Shown: positions 1 to 11,228, counted from the stretch's first letter. The stretch is DNA of 35,506 bases from Octopus sinensis (GCF_006345805.1 NW_021832293.1:1-35506); one strand, 5' to 3'. Notes: a model not told the origin generated them from the letters alone. Numbers and translations: made by a program.

Positions 1-224
1 TCGTTTAATAAATATTCATTGGACGCTAAACTATTGCTTGACGCATCCTTGTTGTCATTGGAAACAAGGCGCATGACAAAATACATCAACGTATAATAAT
101 TGGGTTTCGTTAATTTTCGGTGGCAAAGCCTAGCGTCCAGTGTTTAGTGTCTAGCTCAGCAATGACCGACATTGCCATTTGTTATATATATTGAAAGTGT
201 TACTTTTGAAAGGAAACAATAAAC

Positions 225-420
225 CGGAGCAGAGATCCAAGATGGCGCCGCCTGCACAATAGATTAGGATTAGCGTCGTGTCGTAGCGATATGATTAAGA
301 AAAAGAATTCGGCTCGGAAAGGAAAAGCGGGGGGTGAGGTGGGGTGGTGGATACAAACAAAAAGAAAGCGCGCTTTTTGTGCGGGCGTTGTGGCTACGAG
401 CAGCGAGAAGCGCTATAGAT
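225..420. promoter_or_regulatory. CpG-rich promoter/TSS-like region with YY1-type motif CAAGATGGCG
   Basis: CAAGATGGCGCCGCC starts at 238 and matches the YY1 consensus AANATGGCG. CpG is locally enriched in an AT-rich background, and there is a palindrome AAAGCGCGCTTT at 365-376. No transcript evidence. Confidence 0.4.
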
Positions 421-429
421 ATGATGTTC

Positions 430-673
430 ATATATGTCTATATACACAAATTTACAAACATACATACACACGCGCGTACATACATATATATACATGTATA
501 TATATACACATATATATAATAAATATACATATATATGTATATATGTGTGTATATATATGTATATATATATATCTTCATATATATATCTACACATACACAC
601 ACAACATATATATATATATACATATGTTTATATATACATATCTACATCTATATGCATACAATCATATAGCTAT

Positions 674-750
<77 letters not shown>

Positions 751-880
751 TATAATATTATATATGTGTGTGGTGTGTGTGTGTGGTTAAATAGATAGAT
801 AGATAGATAGATAGATATAGCTATATATATATATATTATTTGTTGTGTGTGTGGTGTGTGTGTGTGTGTGTGTGTCTGTG
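430..880. repeat. Compound TA/CA/TC/TG/TAGA microsatellite
   Basis: Directly visible; accounts for the Y/I/H/T-rich ORFs here. Confidence 0.95.
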
Positions 881-1042
881 TATACAATTTCATAGTATCC
901 TACCCTTTATATCTATTTTATCTCTTGATTCACTTAATTAGAAATTTATGGGAAAATACAACTCAATTAGTCTGGACATCTGCCCGGTCTCCCAAGAACG
1001 GACGGTCGACATGCACATGCACAAACATGTGTATCCATACTT

Positions 1043-1074
<32 letters not shown>

Positions 1075-1916
1075 AAATATATAGTATATATATATATATA
1101 TATGTACACACTCACACGCACACACACACGCTCACACACATATATATATATAAATATATATCCTTATACAATGTATATTGATGGCTAGTTTTCCGAAAAT
1201 TCAATTGGCTGGAGCGTGTAACGAATATTTACCCTTCAATAAACTGGAGGCATATTTTGGGAAATGGGAAACAAATGGTTTTTAAATTAGATTGCGTAGC
1301 TGATAGATGCTCTTTAAGAAAGTGTTGGCACACACTCAAGTATTCCTGAAAATCGAAGAAGACGATATTCTCGTTTTAGTGCATTTAAATTGTATACTGG
1401 ATTTTGCTTTGGCAGCGAATTTACGGATTCAACCTGTCTGGTTCTGTGGTAGTTAATTGGATGAAAGTCAAGGTTTTTGTTTTTAAAGGTATACCGAAGT
1501 AACCGCTGCTTTCTATTTCTTCCAGTCCGACAAATATTTGCCAGGATGTGTTTCTTATACGATAGCATTTCATGAAAACTACATAATTATATTAATAAAC
1601 GATATGGTTATATAACTTGGAGGTAAATGGCGTATTTACCTGTCATGAATTTGAGTTGGGAAATATTTTTTTGCAGAGGAATTAAAAGTAAATAAATTTT
1701 TTGAGAACTATCTACATTATATACGTTCTGAATGTAGGAAATACAAACATATGTATGTATGCATGTTTGTAGGAAGGCATGTATGGATGTATGTATACAT
1801 GTCCGTTTTGTATGCATGCAGGTATATAAGTCATCATGCATGATTGTAGGTATGCATATATTTAAGCATATATATATACGTTTCTATATAAATATATGTA
1901 AATATATTTGGGCATG

Positions 1917-1946
<30 letters not shown>

Positions 1947-1947
<1 letters not shown>

Positions 1948-2571
1948 TTAGCAATTAAGGACAACTACTTAATAAGGAAAACTTAACAAGAAATTGTCAG
2001 GTAGATAGCGTAAAAACGCATAAGAGAAAAAATTTCGAAAATAATTATTTCTTATTGAAATATTAATTATATAGAGGGCATTATCATACATGCCAGAAGG
2101 CAATACATACATGCAAACGCTAGAAATATTATTATAATAAATAATTATTTTCAAAATTTTTTCTCTTATGAGTTTTTACGCTATCTACCTGACATTTCTT
2201 GTTAAGTTTCCTATTAAGTAGTGTCCTTAATTGCTAAATTTTTATCCGAAAAAACTTTTCTCTCTCCCGAAATGCAATTCGTAAAAGTTTGCCAGTATCC
2301 GGATTTAATATATTAACTACACCCATGTGTTCGTTGATGTCGAGCAGTTGCTGATCGGCTTAAGCGGGCAGGGTCGTTGTTTATTTATAATACATTCAGG
2401 CTGCTTATGGTACGTAGTACGAAATCACTGTGATACAGGTCTATATTTTTTAAATGTCTTACTTTGAAAAATTGCATTCGGTGGGATTAGTAATATTTTT
2501 GGGTAGAAATGAATAATTGTCCCTCTAGCGTTTGGCATGATGTATAATGCCTTCTGGCATGTATGTATAAT
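1947..2571 (+). mobile_element. Penelope-like element (PLE) terminal remnant with inverted 5' segment
   Basis: 1947-2050 is the reverse complement of 2139-2238, and 2080-2123 of 2525-2571. A decayed hammerhead lies at 2400-2440, and both ends abut (TA)n. The PLE assignment is inference. Confidence 0.55.
2400..2440 (+). ncRNA. Decayed type I hammerhead ribozyme-like motif
   Basis: gCTG-CTTATG(G)-gtac/gta/gtac-GAAA-TCACTGTGA-TA-CAGg. Helices I, II and III are recognisable; the core CTGATGA is mutated to CTTATGG. Confidence 0.5.
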
Positions 2572-2599
2572 ATATTATATATAATATATATATATATTA

Positions 2600-2800
2600 T
2601 ATTAAATTAGAGACAAACCACTATTATGCAAATCAACAATGAAAGACTTAAGCCAATACATAAATTAATTTATATTATTTAAATATGTAACAATTATTTA
2701 AAAATATAATTAATATCCACTACGATCGTTTCCTGGCTACTGTCATCAAATTTTTGAGTCGCAGTCATTCATCAGGTGGTTTCAAAATCTAAAATCTAAA
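2600..2800 (-). mobile_element. Second PLE-like terminal remnant carrying a hammerhead
   Basis: AT-rich segment from the (TA)n at ~2575-2600 to ~2800, containing an intact hammerhead core on the minus strand. Confidence 0.55.
2717..2779 (-). ncRNA. Type I hammerhead ribozyme (minimal, palindromic helix III)
   Basis: Minus strand reads CCAC-CTGATGA-(36-nt imperfect hairpin)-GAAA-CGATCG-TA-GTGG. Core nucleotides are intact, helix I is CCAC/GTGG, and the GUA cleavage triplet predicts a cut between 2721 and 2720. Confidence 0.75.
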
Positions 2801-2869
2801 TATATACTTTCCTACTCTAGGCGCAAGGCCCGAAATTAGATCGACCTCAGTACTTTAAGGATTAGTTCT

Positions 2870-3127
2870 TTAAGGATGATGCACGAAACACCTCTGTTTC
2901 GAGAGGTGAATTATCCAAACCCCAAGGAGTTCCTCTCAACACATGACTATGATGCTTCCCCACTTTTCCGTCTCATGATCAGAGATGCACATATCGTCTT
3001 CCAGGAAGGGACATGCTCAACTGGTTAAGGTTATATAACTGACAGCAAATCTGTGGTATTGAGCAGAATATTTACTGTAGCCCATCTTTATACCAAGACA
3101 AAACATGTACATGTTAACACTTCCAAT
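2870..3127. mobile_element. Interspersed repeat fragment (second copy at 16346-16452)
   Basis: 3051-3127 aligns by eye with 16346-16430 (ctgtggtattg..agaatattt.ctgtag.ccatcttt..acca...caaaa..acatg...acacttc.aat). Both copies end at trinucleotide arrays. Confidence 0.6.
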
Positions 3128-3306
3128 ATCATCATCATCATCATGATCATCACCACCACAATCACCATCACCACCATCACCACCATCACTACCATCACCA
3201 TCACCATCACCATCATCATCACCCTCACCATCACCATCATCATCACCATCATCGTCACCATCATCGTCACCATCATCATCATCACCATCATCATCATTAT
3301 TATTAC
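3125..3306. repeat. (CAT/CAC)n trinucleotide array
   Basis: Directly visible; source of the poly-Asp/Gly, poly-Met and poly-Ile ORFs. Confidence 0.95.
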
Positions 3307-3307
3307 T

Positions 3308-3508
3308 AAGACAGTGGTTTGGTAGAATCATTAGCACGCTAGACAAATGCTTAGCGGCATTTCGTCCGTTTCTATGCTCTGAGTTCTGCCGAGATAGACT
3401 TTGTTTTTCATCCCTTTTGGGGTCGATGACGTAAGGACAAGTTGAATTCTGGGAATAATATAATCGACTCACCGCTCCCCTGATATTGCTCTCTTGTGCC
3501 AAAATTTG
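3308..3508 (+). mobile_element. Degenerate tRNA-derived SINE (family of 30605-31171)
   Basis: gaatcattagcacgc..aaatgcttagcggcatttcg..tttcatcccttttggggtcgat matches the head and central domain of the 30.6-kb element. Confidence 0.75.
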
Positions 3509-3584
3509 AAAGCATTATCATCGAGATGATGAGGAGGAGGCGGAATGTGGGGGAGGAAATTTTCGAAAGAACAATATATTTTAC

Positions 3585-3691
3585 CTTCGAAAAGAATTCT
3601 GAGAAGATGATCCGTGAATAAAGCGGGCGTTATAGCATATAGCAATAACAAAAGGGTGTCTGCCGCTATCACCGGGAGACTCGGTTCCCTC
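3585..3691 (-). other. Candidate 107-nt exon (unknown gene)
   Basis: Minus-strand acceptor ttatttctctttgtttttag, donor AAG|GTAAAA; two frames are open (EGTESPGDSGRHPF... or REPSLPVIAADTLLLLLY...). No recognisable homology. Confidence 0.25.
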
Positions 3692-4149
3692 CTAAAAACA
3701 AAGAGAAATAAGCACAGTTTACAATAAAGTTCAAAGATGTCTTCGTTATATACATCTTCAAACTCTACATGAAAGAAGAGTTATGGTACAAATCGATAGA
3801 AAACTTACTGATTTGATGTTATCCGTAATCGATTAATTTGTAAAAGAATTCTTAGCGCAAATTGAAGTTCTTAGCTTTTGGGCATGTCTGACTGTGTTGC
3901 CTGTATTGTATTGCATTTGCCTTCCGCCAGTAGACAGACACAAGTGACATCGATCAAAATAAGGACGCAATAAGGGGACATTCTCCATAAATGAATATAG
4001 GGAAAGAAAAACATAATCGAGAGACAGCTAATCTATCAGACAGGTAATGTAGCACAAATGGAACCAAGGGAATAAGAGACCGACAGCTAGACAACAGAAT
4101 TTACAAAAGGTCGACAAATATTCGAGATATGATGCAAAAAATATAAAGA

Positions 4150-4285
4150 AAAGAATAAGTACTAGGCTAACAAAGAATAAGTTCTGGGTTAAATTAGTTC
4201 GACTAAAGGCGGTGCTCCAGCATGGCCGCAGTCAAATGGCGGTGGTCCAGCATGGCCACAGTCAAATAAAAGAATAAAAGAGAAG
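4150..4285 (+). mobile_element. SINE 3' tail fragment with internal tandem duplication
   Basis: gaataagtactaggct..cgactaaaggcggtgctccagcatggccgcagtcaaat, as in the tail of 17481-17902; ggcggtg.tccagcatggcc.cagtcaaat occurs twice. Confidence 0.8.
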
Positions 4286-4849
4286 TTTATGGCATTTTTA
4301 ATTACTTGTAATTTCAGCGGCATTCAGCCGAGGCGGGTTGAGCCGGGTGTGACCAGTGTGTTGACCACGTCTCTCACGAATGCTGACCACGTCCCTCACG
4401 AATGCTGACCACATGCAACGGTTGGCCCAAACGTTTCAGCAGGCGAAGTAATGCATCTGCCTGCAGACCAAAATATCCAGCTTGCAAATTTGGCAAATGT
4501 CCCACCAGGAGACCAAATGCGCCGGATCAGGCGGACATCGTAGCCGTAATCGCCGTTCGCAGTTGAGTTTTCATGATCGGAATTTCAGTGGAAATATAAG
4601 CTCTTATACGGTTCCAGATCACATCCATAGTTTGGGATAGTGTGAAACCTAGCAGCTGATCTTGCTATCGATTTTCGACCATTGTAGATGATTTGCTGAC
4701 CAATTGATCACTGATTATCGGAGCAGACGAATCCTGGATTTGAAGCGGGTGGTACGCTCCGAGTCAGGGTAGGCTTCGGAACAATAGTGGCTACGAGGTG
4801 GTTCCACACATTTCAACACTCTGGAACTTATCCAGTAGATACAGAAAAT

Positions 4850-5314
4850 GTGTGTGTACATGTATGTATGTGTATGTATGTATGTATGTATGTATGTATG
4901 TATGTATGTATGTATGCATGCATGCATGTATGTGTGTATGTATGTATGTAATGTAGTATGTATGTATGTATGTATGTATGTATGTATGTATGCATGCATG
5001 CATGTATGTGTGTATGTATGTATGTATGTATGCATGCATGTATGTATGCATGCATGTATGTATTGTATGTATGTATGCTTGTATGTATGTATGTATGTAT
5101 GTATGCATGCATGTATGTATGTATGTATGTATGTATTTATGTATGCATGTATTTATGTATGTATTTATGTATGTATGTATGCATGTATGTATGTATATAT
5201 GTATGAATGTATGTATATATGTATGTATGCATGTATGCATGTATGTATGTATGTATTATGAGTGTATATATAAGTATACCTATCTATATATATCTATATG
5301 CATACATACATACA

Positions 5315-5345
<31 letters not shown>
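4850..5345. repeat. (ATGT/ATGC)n tetranucleotide array followed by inverted (CATA)n
   Basis: Directly visible: (TATG)n-type at ~4860-5255, (CATA)n at ~5301-5344. Confidence 0.95.
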
Positions 5346-5348
<3 letters not shown>

Positions 5349-5610
5349 GCGCGCAATGATAAGGATGCTTATATATAAGAATACGTATGGAGATATAAAC
5401 ATATATAATGCGTATACATAACAGCATACATGCATATACATACATCTACGAATATATGCGTGCGTAGACAGAGTTTGGATTCTGTTAAAAAGAAACATCT
5501 TTCTATATGGGCGTGAAATTTGAGAAACAAATCTACAATATATATATACACTTTATAAACTCAAATAAAACCTCAAGTCTAACGTTCCAACTGAAATCGT
5601 GAGTACGCTG

Positions 5611-6357
5611 TTAAGGGGCTAATGAAGAATCGCACCTCTCCTTGAAAAATGCACCTTTTTTTAAAAAAAAACTTTTTCGGATTCCAACGTTTTAGATGTC
5701 GGAGTTTACGAATATGCAAAAAACAAAAAAAAAGCACCTTGTCAGACACCCCCACCACGATTTAAAATTCTGATTTTGTTTACGTTCAAGAGATCGTAGC
5801 GAATTGACGAACATATGCAAATCGAAATTAAATGCAGACAAAAACATTAAAGTGAAAAGAATTTGCATTTTATTTGTTTGCCTTAAATAATCATAAATAA
5901 TAATTAAATGTAAATTAAAAGTACACCATTTTATGACAAACAAACATTAATATGTAGAAACGTTATACTTTCTAAATCTCTCAAAGAGAGATATTTAGTA
6001 AACAGTACTTTAAAGTAAAGACTATTTGCCAACATAAGGTGGCTGTCCTGGATGGAACGAATGTTACTGTTGTTTAGCTCCAGGAGACGACGTTTCCAAC
6101 TGGCTATACGACACAATATCTGGGTTTTTATATTTTCGAACAGGGGAGCTCGGCAACCCCATCTAGCACAAAGCAACATCTGTGGACCGGTTTCTGGGTT
6201 ATTGCTCATTATCAGCACAGAGTAGCTGCATGGCTAGACGGCGCTGCTGAATTTCTTTTTTGCATATTCCTAATCTCCGACATCTAAAACGTATGAATCC
6301 GAAAAAAAGTTTTTTTTTTAAATGGATTTCGCAATGAGAGGTGCGATTCTGCATTGC
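5611..6357. mobile_element. Non-autonomous DNA transposon (MITE-like) with ~100-bp terminal inverted repeats
   Basis: 5619-5725 and 6254-6357 are inverted copies (gaatcgcacctctc/gagaggtgcgattc; ggattccaacgttttagatgtcggag/ctccgacatctaaaacgtatgaatcc). No intact ORF inside. Confidence 0.65.
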
Positions 6358-6884
6358 TTTGTTTCAAAGACACGGCAGATTTCTCCATACTTGTATTAAA
6401 TACTCATATATACCCACTTACTTTTATTCTATTTTATTTTATTTTTGCATATATCAACAATAAACTCTCTTACAGCACATAAACCATTATACATTAAATC
6501 ATTTAATAATGTTCCTCTACTGGACATGGCCAGCAGCATTCTAAAACGCAACTGGACACAAGGTGAAATTGGTAAACTCATCACACCGATAGTGAAACAT
6601 CTGTTTGCTGCGAAATTGCTGAAAAATTCACTTTGTGGTCCTTTCACAGAACGGAAAAACAAATTAAAAACAAAATCAAAGAATTAACCAGAACATTCTA
6701 CATCGTTCACACGCATATGGACAAACTAGAAGCTATATTGATCAATGGCTGTAGAGCACCAACTGACCCAGTGACAGGAGGCAAGGGGTCACCCTTTGGC
6801 CAGCAACCAACAGCATCTGCTTTGGCACCACCATCTCACCTAATTCCACCCAACCTTACAGTAGTAAGTCCCGAGTCACCATCA

Positions 6885-6924
6885 CTACTGCTGCTACTAC
6901 CACTGCTACTGCTGCTGCTGCTAT

Positions 6925-6986
<62 letters not shown>

Positions 6987-6990
6987 ATTC
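6885..6990. repeat. (CTA/CTG)n array
   Basis: Directly visible; source of the poly-Leu and poly-Ser ORFs. Confidence 0.95.
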
Positions 6991-7009
6991 CGTAGCATCT
7001 GTGAAATTC

Positions 7010-7237
7010 ATATCCAAAATGCTGCAACGTCATCTCAAGAATAAGTGCAACTTTGCCTCTCCTAGTCTTGATGGTGTAACTTATTTGCTTCTCAAACATT
7101 GTGGGTTCTTTCTATTGCCCCAGCTTTCTTCCATTTTTCAATTTTGCCTTAACAACTGTGTCACACCAGAGCACTGGAAATTTGCTATTGACGTTTCCCA
7201 GCTTAAAAATGGTGATCGCATTTTACACCATTCTAAT
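7010..7237 (+). pseudogene. LINE reverse-transcriptase fragment (region just upstream of the NYRPISL-type motif)
   Basis: KNKCNFASPSLDGVTYLLLKHC..LLPQLSSIFQFCLNN...PEHWKFA......KNGDR....SN resembles the APE-type LINE pattern SPGPDG..LK.C...L..LFN.CL....P..WK.A.V....K.GD....NYRP. Truncated at the SINE insertion site. Confidence 0.7.
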
Positions 7238-7539
7238 GTTTGTTCCTTTTCGAGCCACGCCTGGCTCATAAGGGCCGGTTTCCCGGTTTCCTTGGCGTAT
7301 ACGTTCCCCACCTGGACGGGACGCCGGTCCGTCGCAGCTGAGCTGCAAGATGCAGGAGGAAAGAGTGAGAGAAAGTTGTGGCGAAAGAGTCAGCAGAAGT
7401 TCGCCATCACCTTCTGCCGGAGCCGTGTGGAGCTTAGGTATTTCGCTCATAAACACACACATCGCCCGGTCTGAGATTCGAACCCGCGATCCCTCGACCG
7501 CGAGTCCGCTGCTCTAACCACTAGGCCATGCGCCTCCAC
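7238..7539 (-). mobile_element. Full-length tRNA-derived SINE (Arg-like head; probably octopus OR-type), tail type 1
   Basis: Minus-strand head gtggaggcgcatggcctagtggttagagcagcggactcgcggtcgagggatcgcgggttcgaatc carries A- and B-box-like motifs. 14-bp TSD tacaccattctaat at 7224-7237 and 7540-7553; near-identical copy at 11504-11798. Confidence 0.9.
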
Positions 7540-7734
7540 TACACCATTCTAATCCCGAAACGCGTACAGGATTAACTAAGGACTGGTTAGTTTCGTTATT
7601 TTGCTTTCTTTTTGGCCTATGAGAATTATAAGTATTATTATCTGTGGAGATATATTGTAGTAGAAGAATTAGTAGTTTGGCTGCTATTTCTAAATTTCGG
7701 TATGTGGTGAAGGAACCTTTTGCTGATCCCTTAA

Positions 7735-7830
7735 TTATATATATATATATATGTGTATATATATATATATATATATACGTATATATACACACACACACAC
7801 ACATATGTATATATTATATGTGTGTGTGTG

Positions 7831-7891
<61 letters not shown>

Positions 7892-7925
7892 GTGTATATA
7901 TATATATATGTGTATATATATATGC
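7735..7925. repeat. TA/CA/TG compound microsatellite
   Basis: Directly visible. Confidence 0.95.
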
Positions 7926-8649
7926 ACCTGCATGCGTCAATCCAGTCAACATGGTGGATATTATTGTATTCAATATGGAGGAAATACTGTTAGTTTTCTA
8001 TCGGAATTCTAGTGTTAATATAAATGATGTTTGTCCTTCATTTTCGTTTTTTCGCCTTCGTTCTTTTTCTGTACTTTTATTCTCTCATCGTTTTGTCGCC
8101 TTATTTATTTATAGCTGACCTTCATTCAATATTTTTTCCTCTGATTAAGCAAAAGTAAAGATAATAAAAATCTCTACGATTTTATTTCGCTTTCAAACAG
8201 AACAAAAATTGTTCCCCCGGTGAAAGAGGATAGCATAAGGGTAAGGAGATTAAAGAAAATAAAAAAAAAATTGACAAAACATTTTCTAAAAACACGGTTA
8301 TAAAACAGTAATATTGTTTAGCCTTTAGACCCTCTAACAAAACAGACATGTTTAACCCCCACCAACATGACTAACACAACAACATTTATCGCAAGTAACA
8401 TCACAAAAACCTCCATTTTGTAAGTATAAGAATATTTCATTTCGTATATATATTGAAGCCTTTTTCCTGTCTTATTTCAACATCGCTTTGTCAGGAATTC
8501 TCATTGATTCTTATCTTCCTTTAGTTCTTTCGGTCTCGTCATACAAATTTACGTAAGACTACACGATTTAGTTTCAATAGTGACCCGTCATATCAGCAAA
8601 TTTATTTCTCTGCGAGTCTCCTGCTCATTGTTTGTATCGGTTCGATTCT

Positions 8650-8705
8650 ATATATATACACTCATGTATACATACATAAAAAAATGCTTACACACACCAC
8701 CCACC

Positions 8706-8748
<43 letters not shown>

Positions 8749-9021
8749 GCACAAACATAAATGAATAAATGGTTAAATACATATATATATATATACATAC
8801 AAACATATATATATATATATATATGTACATATAAATGTATATATATACATACATGTATACATGTATAGATATATACATACACATGTATATATGTATATAT
8901 ATGTGTATATATGTGTATATATGTGTATATATATATGTATATATGCACTTTTCTACATATATATATGTATAAATATATGTATATATGGATTTATATATAT
9001 ATATATATGTGTGTACATACA

Positions 9022-9095
<74 letters not shown>

Positions 9096-9105
9096 CATAT
9101 ACAAA
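8650..9105. repeat. TA/CA/TG compound microsatellite
   Basis: Directly visible. Confidence 0.95.
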
Positions 9106-9599
9106 CGTCACTTTGGTCGTTCATTTATTTCTGTTTCGTTGTTTCATCCTTCTCTCTTCAACACAATTCCTTCTCTCTCTCTGTTTCTCCCCCACTCTCT
9201 TTCCCTTTGAGCCTCAGTCACTCTCTTAACTCAACCGCCGTTCACCACTTCTTTTTCTATTCTTCATCTCCTTCCCTCTAATCAGCCGCCACCCAGTTCT
9301 CATTTCCCTCCCTCTGTCCATCTCCTTACCACTCATTCTTTCTCATATACCCCAACACCTTAAATTTCCCCCAATTTGTACATGTAGCTTTATTTGCAGG
9401 CTTTCTTTGTATCGGTTAGTTCAATTTTCACTGAAGATCTTCTACAAACAAATAGAAAATTGGACGTTTATTGTATGTCAGTGCCCAACCAATACTAACG
9501 ATGTCTATAGAATTTCATGGTGACCAAAGAGAGACAGATTGTACAATCGAATGTAGCGTTCGATCGATATACACACCTATTCATACATATAATTGAGGG

Positions 9600-9625
9600 T
9601 GTATCTGTATATCTGCATATATATA

Positions 9626-9683
<58 letters not shown>

Positions 9684-10120
9684 GTATGTGTGTGTGCATG
9701 TGTATGTATGTATATATATACTCATATATGTATATATACATAATCACATATATACACATATATATATATATTATGTATGTAAGTATACATACATATGACA
9801 GTGCACGCAAACGTTCAGATGTTAAACACACTGATACATATACAAATTAAGATGTGCAGGCGATTGTACACACACACACACATTTACATATATATATACA
9901 TGAGTGCGTATATATATATACGCACTCATGTATATATGTAATAAACACAAACTCTCTGTCTCACACACACGCATACACACATATACACACACATAACGCA
10001 TACATACACACACACACACACATATATGTACATACGTGCACACACATGGGTTCATAAGTTTGTCAATGTTTGTTATGAATGAATGGTAGCGATGACTACA
10101 GAAGAAAAACAGCACCAGTA

Positions 10121-10175
<55 letters not shown>

Positions 10176-10205
10176 ACACAGAAACACACACACACACACA
10201 TGTAG
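9600..10205. repeat. TA/CA-rich compound microsatellite tract
   Basis: Directly visible, with short unique interruptions. Confidence 0.9.
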
Positions 10206-10598
10206 GCACGCACGATCGCACACATCCTGCGCAACGTCTTCCATATCCAAACTATAGTAAATTCTTCTTGTTTATAGATAACGGTTGAACTCATCTCGCA
10301 GTCCAGCCGCTGTTTGTTCATGCTATTACCAGAATATTCGCCAGTACAAAGTCCACAGACACCAATATCTTCCTGGTGAAATTCTAATACGTTTTCCAAT
10401 GCTCTGATATAACTGTTGCTTTGAGATAACATTTGCCCTCGCATTGTCAATAATTTTCTTGATTATTTCTCAAATTCTTCCTCTTAACAAGGAAAACATA
10501 TTTTCCAACTACTTCAGTGCATACACAAAGTACCACGAAGAGAACGGAAAAACGCACACACGAATACACACACACACACGCACATACGCTGACAGCCA

Positions 10599-10599
<1 letters not shown>

Positions 10600-10659
<60 letters not shown>

Positions 10660-10778
10660 TATATATATATGTACACGTGTAGACACATGAATATTAAAAA
10701 CTCTCTCTGTCTCACTCTTACACTCTCTCTGATGCTATTCTCTCCTTCCCTCATTATACACACACAAATATATGTATG

Positions 10779-10836
<58 letters not shown>

Positions 10837-10898
10837 CATACAAAATAGCTGTCTCCGATAATTCTTTATAAATAAGTATATGCATACATGTCCGTGTG

Positions 10899-10936
<38 letters not shown>

Positions 10937-11135
10937 ATATATATAGATATATATATATATGTGTGTATATATATGTATATATATATGTATATATATACAT
11001 ATACACATGCATGCACAAACATATATATACATACGTAATACATGCATATATATATATTCATATATATATATATATATATGCATATCACACACACACACAT
11101 ATATACGTGCATATGCGCACATGTATATATGTATA
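10600..11135. repeat. TA/CA-rich compound microsatellite tract
   Basis: Directly visible. Confidence 0.9.
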
Positions 11136-11228
11136 GACAACGTTTCTCTATTCATTTGTCCTGGTGTATTTGCCATATTGTTTTCTTATCAGTCACACGA
11201 ACAGATAAACTACTTATCTCTTTCACAG

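Noticed and set aside
3017-3502. 161-aa ORF with an acidic Asp/Gly tract resembling a biomineral or acidic protein
   Set aside because: The tract is the (CAT/CAC)n array, and both flanks are interspersed-repeat sequence.
4850-5345. Regular short repeats as a possible CRISPR array
   Set aside because: No unique spacers, no cas genes, eukaryotic context.
6429-6687. Overlapping ORFs on both strands as a host exon
   Set aside because: A plus-strand acceptor at 6475 is plausible, but donors are weak, both strands are open and no homology is recognised.
7440-7539. tRNA-like sequences here and at 11700-11798, 18221-18300, 27728-27800 and 29380-29461
   Set aside because: They lack an acceptor stem and continue into conserved SINE bodies with TSDs; these are SINE heads, not tRNA genes.
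10073-10450. Minus-strand ORF with ~75 unique residues (MRGQMLSQSNSY...)
   Set aside because: No convincing splice sites in frame, no recognisable domain, and it runs into a (TG)n repeat.
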